64,000 nucleotides of DNA, taken from Octopus vulgaris (taxonomy: Eukaryota). Numbering within the stretch: position 1 is the stretch's first letter; every line of letters starts with the position of its first letter. Positions 1 through 13,400 of this stretch are shown here, piece by piece. Location of the stretch: NCBI GenBank assembly GCA_951406725.2, contig OX597816.1, positions 20,026,001 to 20,090,000 of the forward strand, written 5' to 3'. The notes below the pieces were generated by a model. It did not search any database. It was not told the DNA's origin and saw only the letters and a list, made by a program, of their open reading frames with translations. The position numbers were made by a program, and so were the translations under genes.

Positions 1-3000
1 ACGTGGATTACTGGTTAGTGTGGCATTCAGGACCGTACAGTCAAGATTTCGAATCTAAGTGTTACACTGTTTTTTGGGTTTTTTTACAAAGAACTTCATT
101 TCACGTTGCTACAGTTAACTTATCTCCAAAAGAGTACAAGCTTTCAGGAGGAAATGTTATGTTCTCGATCACTTATATGTCATAGAATCTAGATAACTGA
201 CTCTGTAAGTCTAGGACACGAGAATGTAATGTCTAGGGAGCTTATTACCAGTAGTCATTACGTGTGTCAAGACGTATAAACAAACCTAATGCACTCGTAA
301 TTCAAGACGTTTAAACAAATATTATCGAGTTAATTTTGTAATACAAGAGTATTTGTAATAGGTTTGAAACAACTTAAGCTTGGTGGGCATTTCAAAACCG
401 GAAAATTCCAACATGTCAATGTATAAATATGGTTCCTGGTTTTATATCAAAACATGTTGATTGCTGAAAATTAGGCACATGACTGTATTCGACAAGGTAC
501 ATTATGCAGCTAAAGGTATACATTAAGGCCTAGGAAAGTGTTTGGTCACTTCAGGTAATCTCTTGGTTAGTCTTCAATACAAGTTTCTGATAAGATATCT
601 ACTTCCTACTGTTTAAGATATTTCTGTGAATCCTGTTCTAACAACGCATATGTTTGTTCCCAATCACCAAGGGAAGATAAAATATAACTTGAATACATTT
701 GAAATGATAAATATTTAAGAAAAATGTTGCCAAATGTTTCTACAACAGATATTTATTTACGAAACCTTCCTTCTCTCTTTCCATGTTTTTTCCCTTTGGT
801 TTTATATATTTATTTATGTTAGTTTATAAAGAAAAGCAAATAATATTGAAGAATCCTTACAATAAAATGTCTGATTTGTGTGTTAGTACAGTTGAAAAAG
901 CTGTGCGCTTTAAAAAAAATGGAGCCTGAAAAATAGAACAATTCAATACATTACCATTATCATCATAATTCGTTTTTCCGCATCCGCACATTTATCATCC
1001 TCACATTTATCGTCATCAACATCATCACAATTATTATTATGGCTTTCCTAAGGAGCCACTTTTTTTTTAACCCCGTTTACTTTTTTCTGTTTTCAAATGT
1101 TGGCAAGCGTTACTCAGATAAAGTATTCTATTCATCAATATTTGAATATGCTCTACGCTTTACGATATTATAAAACAAAATAATGCAGCATGGAGGAGCA
1201 AATTACGAATAACAGCAACGACTGTTGGTGATCTGCTATGAGAAAAAAAGCGAAACGCAAACGATGTTAATGAAAAAAGAAAATGGCTGCATATTCCAGC
1301 AGTTTAGTCGCTCGCTAAAACTAATTAGGTGAATTTGAAAATAGCCAGTTTGTTACATATCCCTTCGTATACCAGTAAATATATCTATAGTAAATTCAGT
1401 CGGTCATTGCCAAACTTGCCGGAAGCAAAAAGAATGTTTTTTATAAAAACAAAATAAAATAATTCATGAATATTCATTGCCTGGTCAGGCTAAAAGTATA
1501 ACTACGTCCATTTTATTGGAAAAGGTGTTCTAGGAATTTTTTGACTCTTTCGCTATTTGTATAAGGTTGCCAAATCTGTAGTGACTGCCAGCAAATTTAT
1601 CGACAAGTTAATTGCTTTTGTATAAAAAGAATACAAAGCGTATATGCGTTCCTCTTTTGTATGTTGTGTGTTGCAGAAATAACAGTTTTGATTATATATT
1701 TAGGTGAACAATGATTTCATCGGAGAACCTGATACTACTTTGCTAATTGTCATTTCTGCAGTTATTGCAATTGATTTTTGTTTCGAGGTTAGAGTACGTA
1801 TTCCTTATTTTAAACTGTGTTTATATATTTTAATATGTTGATGGTACCTGACTATGACCACGGGTACGTTGTCAACATACATTCATATTTTTTTCTGTAT
1901 ATACGCTATTGGCAAAACGTTTCCTGTGCATTACCTTAATGCATTTTTTGTACGGTTGGTAATTAGAACCAAGACATTTGGGATGTTACACAAAATTAAC
2001 TGGAACCTCATGAAACCAAGAGCCATACAATAATATGCTCATAGATGATGATAAACGTATAGCACAGACATTGACTACATTCTCTGGGATCCTGTTCAAA
2101 CTCGGTACATCGAGGTGAAACTCGGTACATCGAGGTCCTTCTCTTCTCTCCCTTTCTGCATTGAAAAAGCAATTTCTGTCCTGTCTTTATATTCGCATCT
2201 ACTGGCATGTTGCTAGAGTTCTTCATTTCCATTATCTACATTAGCTTTTCTAATTTCATTTCAAACACATACCGACACAAATTAATTCCTAAGTTGCTTT
2301 CACCTAAACACACTCAACTCACATCAAACCTACAATGACCTACCCAAAATCCGTCTAGTTCCTTATGTCTTTGTGGCTTAGATACTAACGTTTTGGCTAT
2401 GACTAACCACCTGTTCTAATGACATCATTAGCACCGTCCTGTCTGTTATACTATCTGATATACTCTCCGGCTGTCAATATTGACTGTACATCCGACCTTT
2501 TGCTCAATAACAACAGATCAAACCCTCTTTCTTCTCTCATTTTCAAATCGAACGCTTGTGACCCACCATCCTATATATTTTTGCTTTTCCAAATTCAACC
2601 ATCAGCCTTCTATAACTTTTCACAATACCACCTCCCTTGCTTCTATTGAAGCTTGTAGATCAGTTCCAGCATATATTTCTTTCATCCCTTGTCATGCTCA
2701 TTGAACCCGCAGTTAATATAATTGTTATTCATCGGATTGAATACAGCTGTACTCACCGACATGAATGAATGGCTTACTTTCCTCCAACGTGTATTTCCTA
2801 ACACACACCAACTTAAATTCTCATAGAGGTTTTTAAATCATATTTTCTCCATAACAAAATCACATAAACTCTGCAGGTATATATTTTATGTCTTGTTTAC
2901 ACCGTCAATACAATATATGTTATATACACATAAACTTCACTAGCATATGTTAATCCTCCTCTCTTTGAGAGATAACAATATATATACATATTCATATACA

Positions 3001-3280
3001 TTTTACTCTTGATCAAATAAAAATACTACGCAATAAATTCCTGGTCCACAACATTCGCATATTATAAATCCTAATTGCACGCTCAATCTCTATACGTGCG
3101 AATACACTTATTCACTTACAATCTCTTTCTTTCTCCCTCAAACACTACTGATGACTTGAATTCTCGTAGTCACATATAAAAGCGTGAACGTACGCACACA
3201 CACACACTTGCACGCACCCCCCCATATATATACATACATACGTACATACATACATATATATATAGAGAGAGAGATATAGA

Positions 3281-3444
3281 TAGGCGCAGGAGAGGCTGTG
3301 TGGTAAGTAGCTTGTTTACCAACCACATGGTTCTGGGTTCAGTTCCACTGCGTGGCACCTTGGGCAAGTGTGTTCTACTATAGCCCCGGGCTGACAAATG
3401 CCTTGTGAGTGGATTTGGTAGACGGAAACTGAAAGAAGCCTGTC

Positions 3445-3500
<56 letters not shown>

Positions 3501-3684
3501 ATGTATATGTTTGTGTGTCTGCTGGTGTGTTTATGTCCCCGTTACTTAGCGGTTCGGCAAAAGAAACCGATAGAATAAGTATTGGGCTTACAAAGAATAA
3601 GTCCCGGGGTCGATTTGCTCGACTAAAAGCCGGGCTCCAGCATGGCCGCAGTCAAATGACTGAAACAAGTAAAAGAGTAAAAGA

Positions 3685-3686
<2 letters not shown>
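3281..3686 (+). mobile_element. tRNA-derived SINE, family 1, with internal (TA)n and CR1-like 3' tail
   Basis: Head ggcgcaggag..tgtggtaagtagc..ggttcagttccactgc with A/B-box-like motifs; tail ccagcatggccgcagtcaaatgactgaaacaa(gtaaaaga)2; homologous copies at 23.4, 33.4 and 44.5 kb. Confidence 0.85.
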
Positions 3687-3721
<35 letters not shown>

Positions 3722-3727
<6 letters not shown>

Positions 3728-3940
3728 ATCCAAACAAGAAACCACAGAAAAATAGAGAAAAAAAACACAGCAACGCGAGGACGTGGAACAATTAAAGTAT
3801 AATTGACGCTCAGGAAAGAAGGGAAGGAGGGTTTAACGTTTCGAGCGGAGCTCTTCGTCGGAAACAAGGAGAAGGAAAGATCCCAAGAAGGGAAGACAGA
3901 GGAAAAAATATTTTTGCTGGTAGTGCTCAAGAGATCACAT
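3722..3940 (-). mobile_element. Penelope-like terminal-repeat fragment with degenerate hammerhead-like core
   Basis: Minus strand reads ccgacga-a-gagc-tcc-gctc-gaaacg...gagcgtc; homologous copy at about 30740-30915. Confidence 0.5.
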
Positions 3941-4337
3941 GTATATATATATGCGAGTACACACATATATATATATGCGAGTACACACACACATAGACAT
4001 AGGCAAACACTATTCATTACGTCATCGTCGCGCATATTTCATTTTCCCCACGTACGCGCATTATACTGAAAACCAATCTTCCTACTTACAACTGTCTGCC
4101 AATCCAGCACAATTTATCTTTAAGGATCCAGCATTGTTTATTTCCCTTTCAAAATATTTCATTCTTTTATCTCTTTCTACTGATATTAAGAAAGGAAAAC
4201 TGTCCGAAACATCGATATCTATTCCTATCATTCACACTGCATTGTATATACATTACATTATTTTCTTTTCTCTTTTTACGTAATTTTCTGACATATTTCT
4301 TCTCGCCATTTAACCTCGATATACATACATATACACT

Positions 4338-4386
<49 letters not shown>

Positions 4387-4831
4387 ATATCGTTAACTGA
4401 GACGAAATTCAATACTTACTGATATGGGGGATTACTCTATTTGCATTGCATTTATATAACATCGATATCTATTGCAACTACACAGCCTTACAATCACTAA
4501 CGTCTGAATCAAATATGTTTCTGTGCTATCTTTACAGTCGCTCAGCATTATTTATAAGAATATAAAGTAGATAAGAGACCAATATCACAAAACAATATAG
4601 TATAAGGATACACGTGACTGAAGGGAATCGCATATAAGATAATTCCTTCAATGTTCGGCACAAGGCCAAGAATGTAAAGAGCAGCTTTAATCGATAGCAA
4701 TGGCTGGTACTTCATTTCGCCTTCGATTCAATTGTTAAGTAACACTGATACAAGGGGCATATTTTTAGAAATATATTTGTGATTAATTGACTCAAAAACT
4801 TAACTCGTCCTCAATTATTTTACTCAATATA

Positions 4832-5359
4832 TTGCGTTGTCCGGAAAGTTCGTGCCGATTTATAGTAGCTAACCTTGCGACTTATTTTAGAACATTGTTG
4901 AGTCCAGAAAATAGGATTTGACTACACCTCCATTAATAGTATAGTTTAAGCTATCTTTTCGTGGAAGGAGATTTATGTTCCTATAACCTGTGTTCATTCT
5001 GTAACCCTTTAAAATGGAAGATGAGGAAGATTCTTTTCGGCACTTGATGCTTTGGGAACCCCACCCTCCATATTCACTAGATATTGCTCCTTCGGATTTC
5101 AATTTATTCAGGTCTCTGCAGAATAGTCTTAATGGTAAAAATTTCAATTCTTTGGATGACGTAAAAAGATACCTTGATGATTTCTTTGCAATGAAACAGC
5201 ATCAATTCTGGGAAAAGGGTATTTTCAACTTAAAGGAAAGCTAGAGATGCATTGTGCGACAAAATGGTTCATATTTGGTTGATTAAAAATATAACGGCAA
5301 GTATTTATTGACCTTATCCTTTCCTTTAAAAATCGACATGAACTTTTCGGACAACCCAA
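4832..5359 (+). mobile_element. Internally deleted mariner (Tc1/mariner) transposon
   Basis: 30-bp TIRs (ttgcgttgtccggaaagttcgtgccgattt and its complement at 5330-5359, 4 mismatches) flanked by TA; ORF 5014-5244 fuses an N-terminus-like segment to the mariner C-terminal motif HPPYSLDIAPSDFNLF. Confidence 0.9.
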
Positions 5360-5959
5360 TATTTTCGCATTTTTATTATGACATCCAATGTTTCAATTTT
5401 AGTTTATACTGGAGCCGCTGCGGTTATATAGACTGTCTCCCAATAGAAACAGAACTAAGCACTGTATGCCCTTTTTCTATCGGCAAACCATTTTATATAG
5501 GCAGTTCCACACATCATCATACTCTATGATGAAGAAATAAATTTACTCGTTTACAAATATTAAAATATAATTGTAGTCGATTATTTCGACAACTATCCAT
5601 CGGACGACTTATTTCATCAGAACTTCAATGATGATATTCAATTCGAACATTCTGTGATTTTTATCGCAGAACATAAAGTTCTAAACATTGCATGGTATCG
5701 TATGTTTCTATCAAATTTTTCCCACATAGTATATCTATAATATTTATCGATTGTTATGTTAGGTTGAAGGTGTCTCTGTGTTCAAATCTCGCCGGTAACG
5801 AATTACCATTTAATTTGTTCAGTATCTGTAAATTATATATCGAAGCACTAGTTAAATGAAATTGCGTCTTCCCAGCTTTAAAATGTTACACTGTGTAATA
5901 TTCGTGTAATATGTCAGTAATATGTACCATTAAAAATACTGTAGAATAACGTCCTTTAA

Positions 5960-6305
5960 TTTTTAATTTTAATTTAATTTAACATTTATTAGCTCAAAAA
6001 GCAAAACCAAGGCCATGTAGGGGGACAGGGAGTTATGTACAGGAAGGAAGGTCATACAAAGACAGACTTTGAACCGAGCGGTCGTCGGCATCTTCACTAT
6101 CTCGTCCGGCAGCTTATTCCACGGATCTGCAACCCGGACGGAGACAGCCCCTCTCCTTCGATTGAGATGAAATCGTCGTAGATAGAGCTTTTCGGAGTGA
6201 CCCCCACAGCCCTCGCTCTGGAGCAGGAGTGACGAACAGCTCTTTCGAGAGGTTACACTTTCCGCTTATGATGTTGTGAGCGAGAATGAGATCACCGCGG
6301 CGTCC
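5960..6305 (-). mobile_element. CR1-group LINE 3' fragment
   Basis: Minus-strand translation across a frameshift gives RRGDLILAHNIISG...GHSEKL...FHLNRR...RVADPWNKLP, typical of a CR1 ORF2 C-terminus. Confidence 0.7.
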
Positions 6306-6935
6306 TATAACACCTGAGGGTCTCATGCTGTTTTTTGCAGGTATTGAAGCTGCTTATTCTATTCAAGAACATATTTTCTAGAAATAGCAGAAAAACCTCC
6401 CTGAAATTATACTGTATCGTTTTGAAAAAAGGAAGACTTATTGGATTATTATTCTCTGATATGCTGTGACTGAAAGAGCGACAGGGGTTTTATGGCTAAA
6501 AGGTTTTCATCATACGTCAACTGAATCAATGACTTGCTGTCGGTTATCTTGCATTGTAAGTTAACCTAAAGCAACAATCCGTAGTCGATTACGTATTTAA
6601 CAAATGTGCATTAAAGATATTGGACCCCATGTAAGTGTACTATACAAATATGTGCTTATAAGACAACTTTTTAGTGAAGTTAATTGCTATATCGCATAAT
6701 ACTGAACTTTATCAACAGGAAGATTTTGTTAAAAAATGAATAAAATTATTTTTACTATTGACTCGCATAGCTAGCCAAGCTGAGTTTCATCAAGTGATCA
6801 CACGAAACTGAATGCAATTTAATTAAATAGATCCTCCATTCAAATTGCTGATCCCGTTTCAAAATTAGAAGGAGATATTTGGCGTGCTTCTGCTACCATA
6901 ACAATTTAATTTTATGAATATTATACAAAATAATG

Positions 6936-7183
6936 TGGAGGTGCGTAGCTTAGTAGTTAGGGTGTTGAACTCATGATCGTAAGGTTGTGGCTTCGATTCC
7001 TGGACCGGGTGATGCGTTGTGTTCTTGAACAAAACACTTCATTTTCACGTTGCTCCAGTCCACTCGGCTGGCAAGAATGAGTAATCCTGCGACGGACCGG
7101 CGTCCTGTTCAGATGGGGAATTTCTACGCCACTCAAACCGGGAAACTGGCCATTATGAGCCTGGCATGGCTCGAGAAGGAACA
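6936..7183 (+). mobile_element. tRNA-derived SINE, family 2
   Basis: tggaggtgcgtagcttagtagttagg...ggcttcgattcctgg (A/B boxes); homologous to 18917-19162; ttatacaaaata on both sides is a possible TSD. Confidence 0.8.
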
Positions 7184-7664
7184 TTAATTTTATTTATACA
7201 AAATACTAATGTGTATTAATAATAAATAAATACGTCCACTATTTATCGCTTAATAAACTAATCAATATACTTCAAATAACTTTGTATGGACTAACATCTG
7301 CATTCTATTGTAGCTTCAGACCACTCAAAAGTAGCTTGTATGATATTGCTATATCATATTGCCATACGACCGAGTGGTTTATGGCACATGGTATAAGCAT
7401 TTCAAGTCATGCAGTACGAATACATGCCGATTTAATAGCACAATGTATTATTTGAAACGTGTTTAATTATTTTCCTGCCAGAGCGTGTTAGTCAGCGACA
7501 CAAATTTCAAATATTCCGACAGTGACTGTCGCATGATTTGCAGAGGTTACTACAATATACATGCATGTGCTGACGTCATTAGTACATACAAATACGCATG
7601 CGTATGCACTTGTGCATATGAATATTACGGGATATATATAACATTTATAAAATGCATATGCGAT

Positions 7665-7830
7665 GTGTAGACGCTATAGCCCAGTGGTTAGGAGAGCAGA
7701 TTGACGGTGGTATGATTGCGGTTTCGATTCGTAGACCAGGTGTTGTGAGGTTTATTGAGGAAAAACACCTAAATGTCCACGAGGCCCCTACAGGTGGGGG
7801 TGGCGAACCATGCTGTACGATTTCACTACA
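7665..7830 (+). mobile_element. Degenerate tRNA-derived SINE, family 4
   Basis: tagcccagtggttagg..ggtttcgattc..aaacacctaa resembles the element at 31450-31750. Confidence 0.55.
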
Positions 7831-8006
7831 ACATTCTTTGTGTGACTTGCTCTGTTTTCTATTTTTCTGTCATTGTTTGCGTATTTAACTCATTTGTTTT
7901 CGTACTTCATGTTGTTTGCTGTTAGTGACGTCCTGTAACCATATATTCAGCAACATTTCCTTAAAGTAAAGTAAAATCGATGTCCTTGGAGGGGCGATTG
8001 TTACTG

Positions 8007-8490
8007 CTGTTTAGCCCCAGGAGACATAGTTTCCAGCTGGCTATACAACACAGTATCTGTGCCTTTATATTTTCGAACAGGGATTTCAGCATTCCCATCC
8101 AGCACAAAACAACACCTGTGGACCGGTTTTTAGACTATTGCCCTTTATCAACACAGAGTAGCTTCTTGGCTATGTGGCGTTACTGAATTCACCGTTCGAA
8201 AATATGTATACTGCTGACTTCACCGTTCGAAAAGTGTGCGTTGATAAAGCGCAAGAACCCAGAAACCGGTCCACAGGTGTTGTTTTGTGATGTATGGGAG
8301 TGCAGAATACGCTGTTCGAAAATATAAGGACACATATAAGGACATATAAGGCCACCAAGAGAAAACGTAGTCTATGAGTATTACGTAAGGTTGGAAATTG
8401 GAGCGATGATCTCCCTTGCAAACATTATATGGACATAGGCTGTGTGTCGATAGCCAGCTGGAAAAGATGTTTTCCAGGGGCTTAAACAAG
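8007..8490. mobile_element. Foldback/MITE-like long inverted repeat
   Basis: Arms at about 8007-8155 and 8234-8490 are imperfectly complementary (ttccagctggctat/atagccagctggaa; acaaaacaacacctgtggaccggttt/aaaccggtccacaggtgttgttttgt; atattttcgaacag/ctgttcgaaaatat). Confidence 0.75.
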
Positions 8491-8638
8491 AGAAACATTG
8501 TTCTTTATACCCCTGCCACATTCTGTTTGCAAATAGACATCACTATGTGTATATATGTATGAGTGTGTGTATGTATTTATGTGTATATATATATATATAC
8601 ACATAAATACATACACACAAACACACACACATACACAT

Positions 8639-8681
<43 letters not shown>

Positions 8682-8999
8682 TACATATATACTCACGCAC
8701 ACATACACAAAGATACAAACTCAAAACCCGCGTTTATTCCATGTATATATATTATATGGGAGTAAGAACAGAAATCATGTTGTAGCAATGAAACTATTGG
8801 CACAACATGAGACACAAAATGTGGAACTCTTTTAATTCAGTGAATCAGTGATATATGTTACAGCCATCAACATCCATGGCATCTTGAAGTGTGTATCTTA
8901 ACATTTTTGTAAAGCATGTGGAATGGAAAAAAAAAATATCTGTCTTAGCCGTTATACTGGCGTATTCATCTATGATGATGTTTGTCACATTTGGTTTTG

Positions 9000-9500
9000 T
9001 GTTAAGCGAGTATAAATTAAATTTTATGGAATTTTTATTATACTAACAATATATATTCTTATTAAAACTCCCTAAAATCGTGATACATATTGATTTTTCT
9101 TTCCTGGCATGACATAAGTTTGTGAAAGGAATTTCTAACTTTTTCTGTTATTTAATTCCTGTCGGGAATTTTTTGTATTGCATTTCAGAGCTTCCTATTG
9201 CGAACTCTGCATATATGCATGGTGTAAACTATGGGGTTTAGATATGTAATAGGATCGTGTTAATTTGAATTTCTTGAGTTTTTTAGTTTGGTTTGTTTTT
9301 TATTATATGAGTGCATCATTTTAGAGTTTCTTTATTCATGCTGACAATATTCATTGAATAAGGAGGTAAAAACCTGGAATATATACAGGGAGTGTTGTTA
9401 TTAAATACAATACATACCCAGGTTAGTCTTTAGTAATTATTGTAAAATCAAGACCAGCAGATTATATTCGTGCGTTTGCTCAGGTTTTATAAATTAAAGA
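9000..9500 (-). mobile_element. Probable decayed Penelope-like element, 3' fragment
   Basis: Degenerate minus-strand residues resembling a GIY-YIG C-terminus; no intact ORF. Confidence 0.3.
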
Positions 9501-9673
9501 CACATATTTTACATACTTTGGAAAATTTACATGCGTGTATAAATATATATGCATGAAATATATATACACATACATACAAACATGCTAATATACATATATT
9601 ATTTATGCATGCACATATGAATATGTATGTATAAGTGTATATGTATGTATGTATATATATAGGCATGTATATA

Positions 9674-10055
9674 TCTATTATATAAAATCTGTTCTGTCTG
9701 TGTATGTGTGTCTTCTAGGATCTCGGGCATCCTCCACCCGATAGCGCTCAAATTTGATATGTAGATACCGACGGTATCAGGGCGTGTACAAGTGTTGAAA
9801 AAATTACAAAAATCGATACAAGTGAGAATGCGATCGATAAAGCCGTGGGAACGTGCATTTGTACGCGCAAGTACATCAGCTGTTGCGATAGATACTACAA
9901 GTACACAAGAAAATGCACGTGGAGTTTGCGCAAAAAAAGCCGGCTGGCTTGAAATAATGCCACAGAATGCGACGGTCGGACAGGTTGTTTTGACAAAATT
10001 TGGTTTAAATGTTTGATAACTCAGCACCGTCCATTGGACGGGGGACGTTTTGCTC

Positions 10056-10056
<1 letters not shown>
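9674..10056 (+). mobile_element. Non-autonomous Helitron-like element
   Basis: 5' A|TCtattatataaaa; subterminal palindrome ccgtccattggacgg (10027-10041); 3' end CTCG|T, a variant of CTAG|T; no TSD. Confidence 0.65.
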
Positions 10057-10146
<90 letters not shown>

Positions 10147-11139
10147 AGTAACATACCTGTTTTCCGTTGTGGAAGTGCGTTAACAATATGAAATTACATA
10201 TATGTTGACCGTTATATATGTTGTTATCTTTGGCCCGTTGGCAAAATTTTTAACAAACTGGGAAAATGCGAGGCGACATTTCCTGCATCTTCGCGCTCTA
10301 AGTTCAAAATCTACGGACGTCCACCTGGCCTTACATAACTTCTGGATCGATAGAATGAGTACCAGTTGAACAGTGGGATTAATGTTATCAACTTACCCAC
10401 TATTCCAAGTTTGCTCAACTTGTGCCAAAATATTAATTTGCTAATTTACTATTTTAATGAGTGACATTTATGCTAAACACCATAGCACACACCATGGACT
10501 TCTGTTGCAATCTGAATCCACGATTTTTGAACCACACTTACACCTCGTATTATTATCCTTTCTGTATTGTCTTGTAAGATAACAGCTAAGATAAGGATTT
10601 TTTTTTTTTTGGAGATCATGTTTTGTTTATTTCTTGTCCTGCGTTGATTTTTATGTTTTGTTAATCTCAATAATTCCTTATATAGATTGTTTCCTTGGTG
10701 TAATTAACTTTTAGAGTCTTTATTTCCTTCATGAATACAGCCAAAAGTTTGTTTCATATGCTTCCTGTCAGCTTGATTATTTCTCCTGCTATATGACATT
10801 CATTTGTGTTTGATTTGTTAGATTCACTACGTTTACTTTTGGAATGGGTTTCTTTTTGCAGTTTTCTGGTTTCTCCATGTTCATACGATAAATGTATCTA
10901 TTATACATACATAATAAAATTTGTGGAATATTTTTACAGCGTGTTGATTATTTTTCAGATATTCATATCAAAGATTGCAATTCCAATGAACATGTATATG
11001 ATTCTAACAAAATCGTATCTTATTTCGTCGTTGCTAGTGTATTTATATATAATTTCCTTTATTTTTATACTGATTATTGATTGAGGATTTATATAGAAAT
11101 GTATGCAATTTAACATAAGACCAACAGTTTAAGGAGACA

Positions 11140-11300
11140 AAGGTTAGCCGATTTCGTCGATCCCTGTAATTGACAGGTATTTTATTTCAACAATCCAGGA
11201 AGGATGAAAGACGAAATTAACTTTGGCCGAATTTGAGCCGGAAGACATGCAGCTAAGCCTTTTCTCGATGCGGTAACGATTCTGGCAGCTCACGGCTTTT
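11140..11300 (-). mobile_element. Degenerate SINE, family 3
   Basis: ggaaggatgaaag..gaatttgagc..taacgattctggcagctc matches the family at 22.3, 25.3 and 27.2 kb. Confidence 0.55.
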
Positions 11301-12299
11301 CGATTTCAAATAATTTTTCATTATCCTTCAATGGCGTTTTTTTTTTCAGCTTCATCCGTAGCCATATATTTGTAGTTGAGATCGTATTCGCAAAACTCAT
11401 TCAGTGTCTAAGTCAAATGCCACAAGTAGGTTTTGAGAACATTTCTCTGTCTTTTCGGGGCAGATTGTCCATTTGTTGATATATCTATTTTAATATCGTT
11501 CTAAAAGCATTTTGTTTCTTGACATCAGTTTTAAAATTTCACTTACACAAATAATACGTAATTAATCGTGAGTTGTTTTAAGCATATGTAATTTAATTTA
11601 GCGCAGTTTCTGATGGTGCATATTTACATTCAAATGAAAAAAAAAATGATTACAAAATATCAGGATTTTTGTAATGCTATCGACGTTAGTTTTCGATGCC
11701 ATTATTAGTGAGAAAAAGCCCCTCTTCTACTATCCATAAAACAAATTTATAGTATTAGACCATTTAGTAAGTATCCGAGTGTTTTAGATATTTTCTCGGT
11801 TGTAATCGATTGAATACCATAGCTACAGCTCGACATATACAGGCCATGCATATGAACATGATTTTGCCGTGATTTCAATTCTAGAACCATCTTACCAACT
11901 GACTTCATTTTATTGAAAATCGTCCTGCTGGTTACGTTGAGCTATATCTGTAGCGGTATTGTATTTTATTCAGTTACATAACGATTGAAATCTATGTATT
12001 TTGATATATGTTCCCATAGAAAATTTCAATTTTCTTGTCAGTTATGTGATTTCCGTTATAGACGAGTTCTTGTTTTTCAAATGACTTTTTATCGCACAAG
12101 CAATCGCTTCAATCCCTGATATATTCTTCTCTCTTACTTTCTTTATATATTTGCATAATATATTTTCCTCTATTTTCGAAGGCACATATTTGACACATTA
12201 ATAACTGTATTCTGTTGGGCAGTGATCTGTCATCTATTTTTTTTTTTTTTTTTTACATCTTGTCACTTATTGTCTGACATTTTGTGTCATTCTTTTTTT

Positions 12300-13400
12300 T
12301 ATATTTGTGTGACAGATGATATACTGTATTAAAATGTGTAATCTTCTTTTGGATAGTACCCTGACTACTCAGAAAGTTAGGACATTTAGTTTATCTATAT
12401 ATACATTAACTGTTTACTCCAGCCGAACATATTTCTACTCATATATAAATATTGGTGCTTCATTGTTTAATAGTATAACTAGGTTTAAAGATATCCTTAT
12501 GGTCCTTTAAAATTCTTTCTTCACCCTGATAATTTTCCTACTTCGATGTTTTCCTTTATGATAACTATAAAGCAGACTTTGTGGGCATGCAGCTGTTTCG
12601 TCGTTTTCTAACGTTCTTCATCGGATCATATATTGAACTCTGTATGCTTTCATCTTTAAGACTGTGTGCGAGGTTTGAAGTATATAAATGATAATTCTGG
12701 TGGATTTACTGGATATGTAGACCACACATCTGTGACCCGGTTTGTATACAATACGGAGAATAATTTCCTGACTACCAAATCATTGTTTCCGGAGAACTTT
12801 TTTCTTTATGTTCTACACCGCAAATTGAATCCATTGTTTTTTCTGCTGCCATTTTGGTTGTTTTTAATGTGGTAATTAAATATTGCATCTATATTCGTAT
12901 TTGCGATTTGTTATTTATTTCTTGCCTAGATTCAATATATGATCGTCTCATCTGGAATATTTGGTTATTCGGTTTAGTGTATGCATAACAAATTAAGTGT
13001 CGCTACCTACTAAAAGAATAGAGAAAATCTAAGAATTAACACGACACCTGTCGTTTAAGTTCCGTTTCTTTTTGTTATGTTTCCTATATTCATGAATATA
13101 CTAATAATGTTTCTTCGATTATTTTTACCGCAGTAGGGTACGTTTTGAGAATATTTTCCTAAGTTGTTGCGCTTTCATCCAATCACTGAAGGTTGAGGAA
13201 GACCAGTATTATCATTTCTGAAAGATTTCACAATTGCCTAACAGCAAATGTGAATTATAGAAATATTAGCAAGTTATACAATCTCGTAAAAGCTTCCTTT
13301 TTCATTTCGAGCGTCTGTTGTGTTTTGCAAGGTTGTGTAATATGTGAAAAATTACAAGGTGTTATTTGCTCTTTGATCCAGCGTTTCTGTGATGTTGTCC
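12300..13400 (-). mobile_element. Probable decayed Penelope-like RT/GIY-YIG fragment
   Basis: Minus-strand remnants YTKPNN and SCMP resemble Penelope ORF motifs; many stops. Confidence 0.35.

Noticed and set aside
2097-2136. 20-bp tandem duplication (aaactcggtacatcgaggt twice)
   Set aside because: Isolated small duplication with no further support
6936-7010. tRNA gene candidates at SINE heads (also 3281, 18917, 31750)
   Set aside because: They continue into shared SINE bodies and lack a clean cloverleaf
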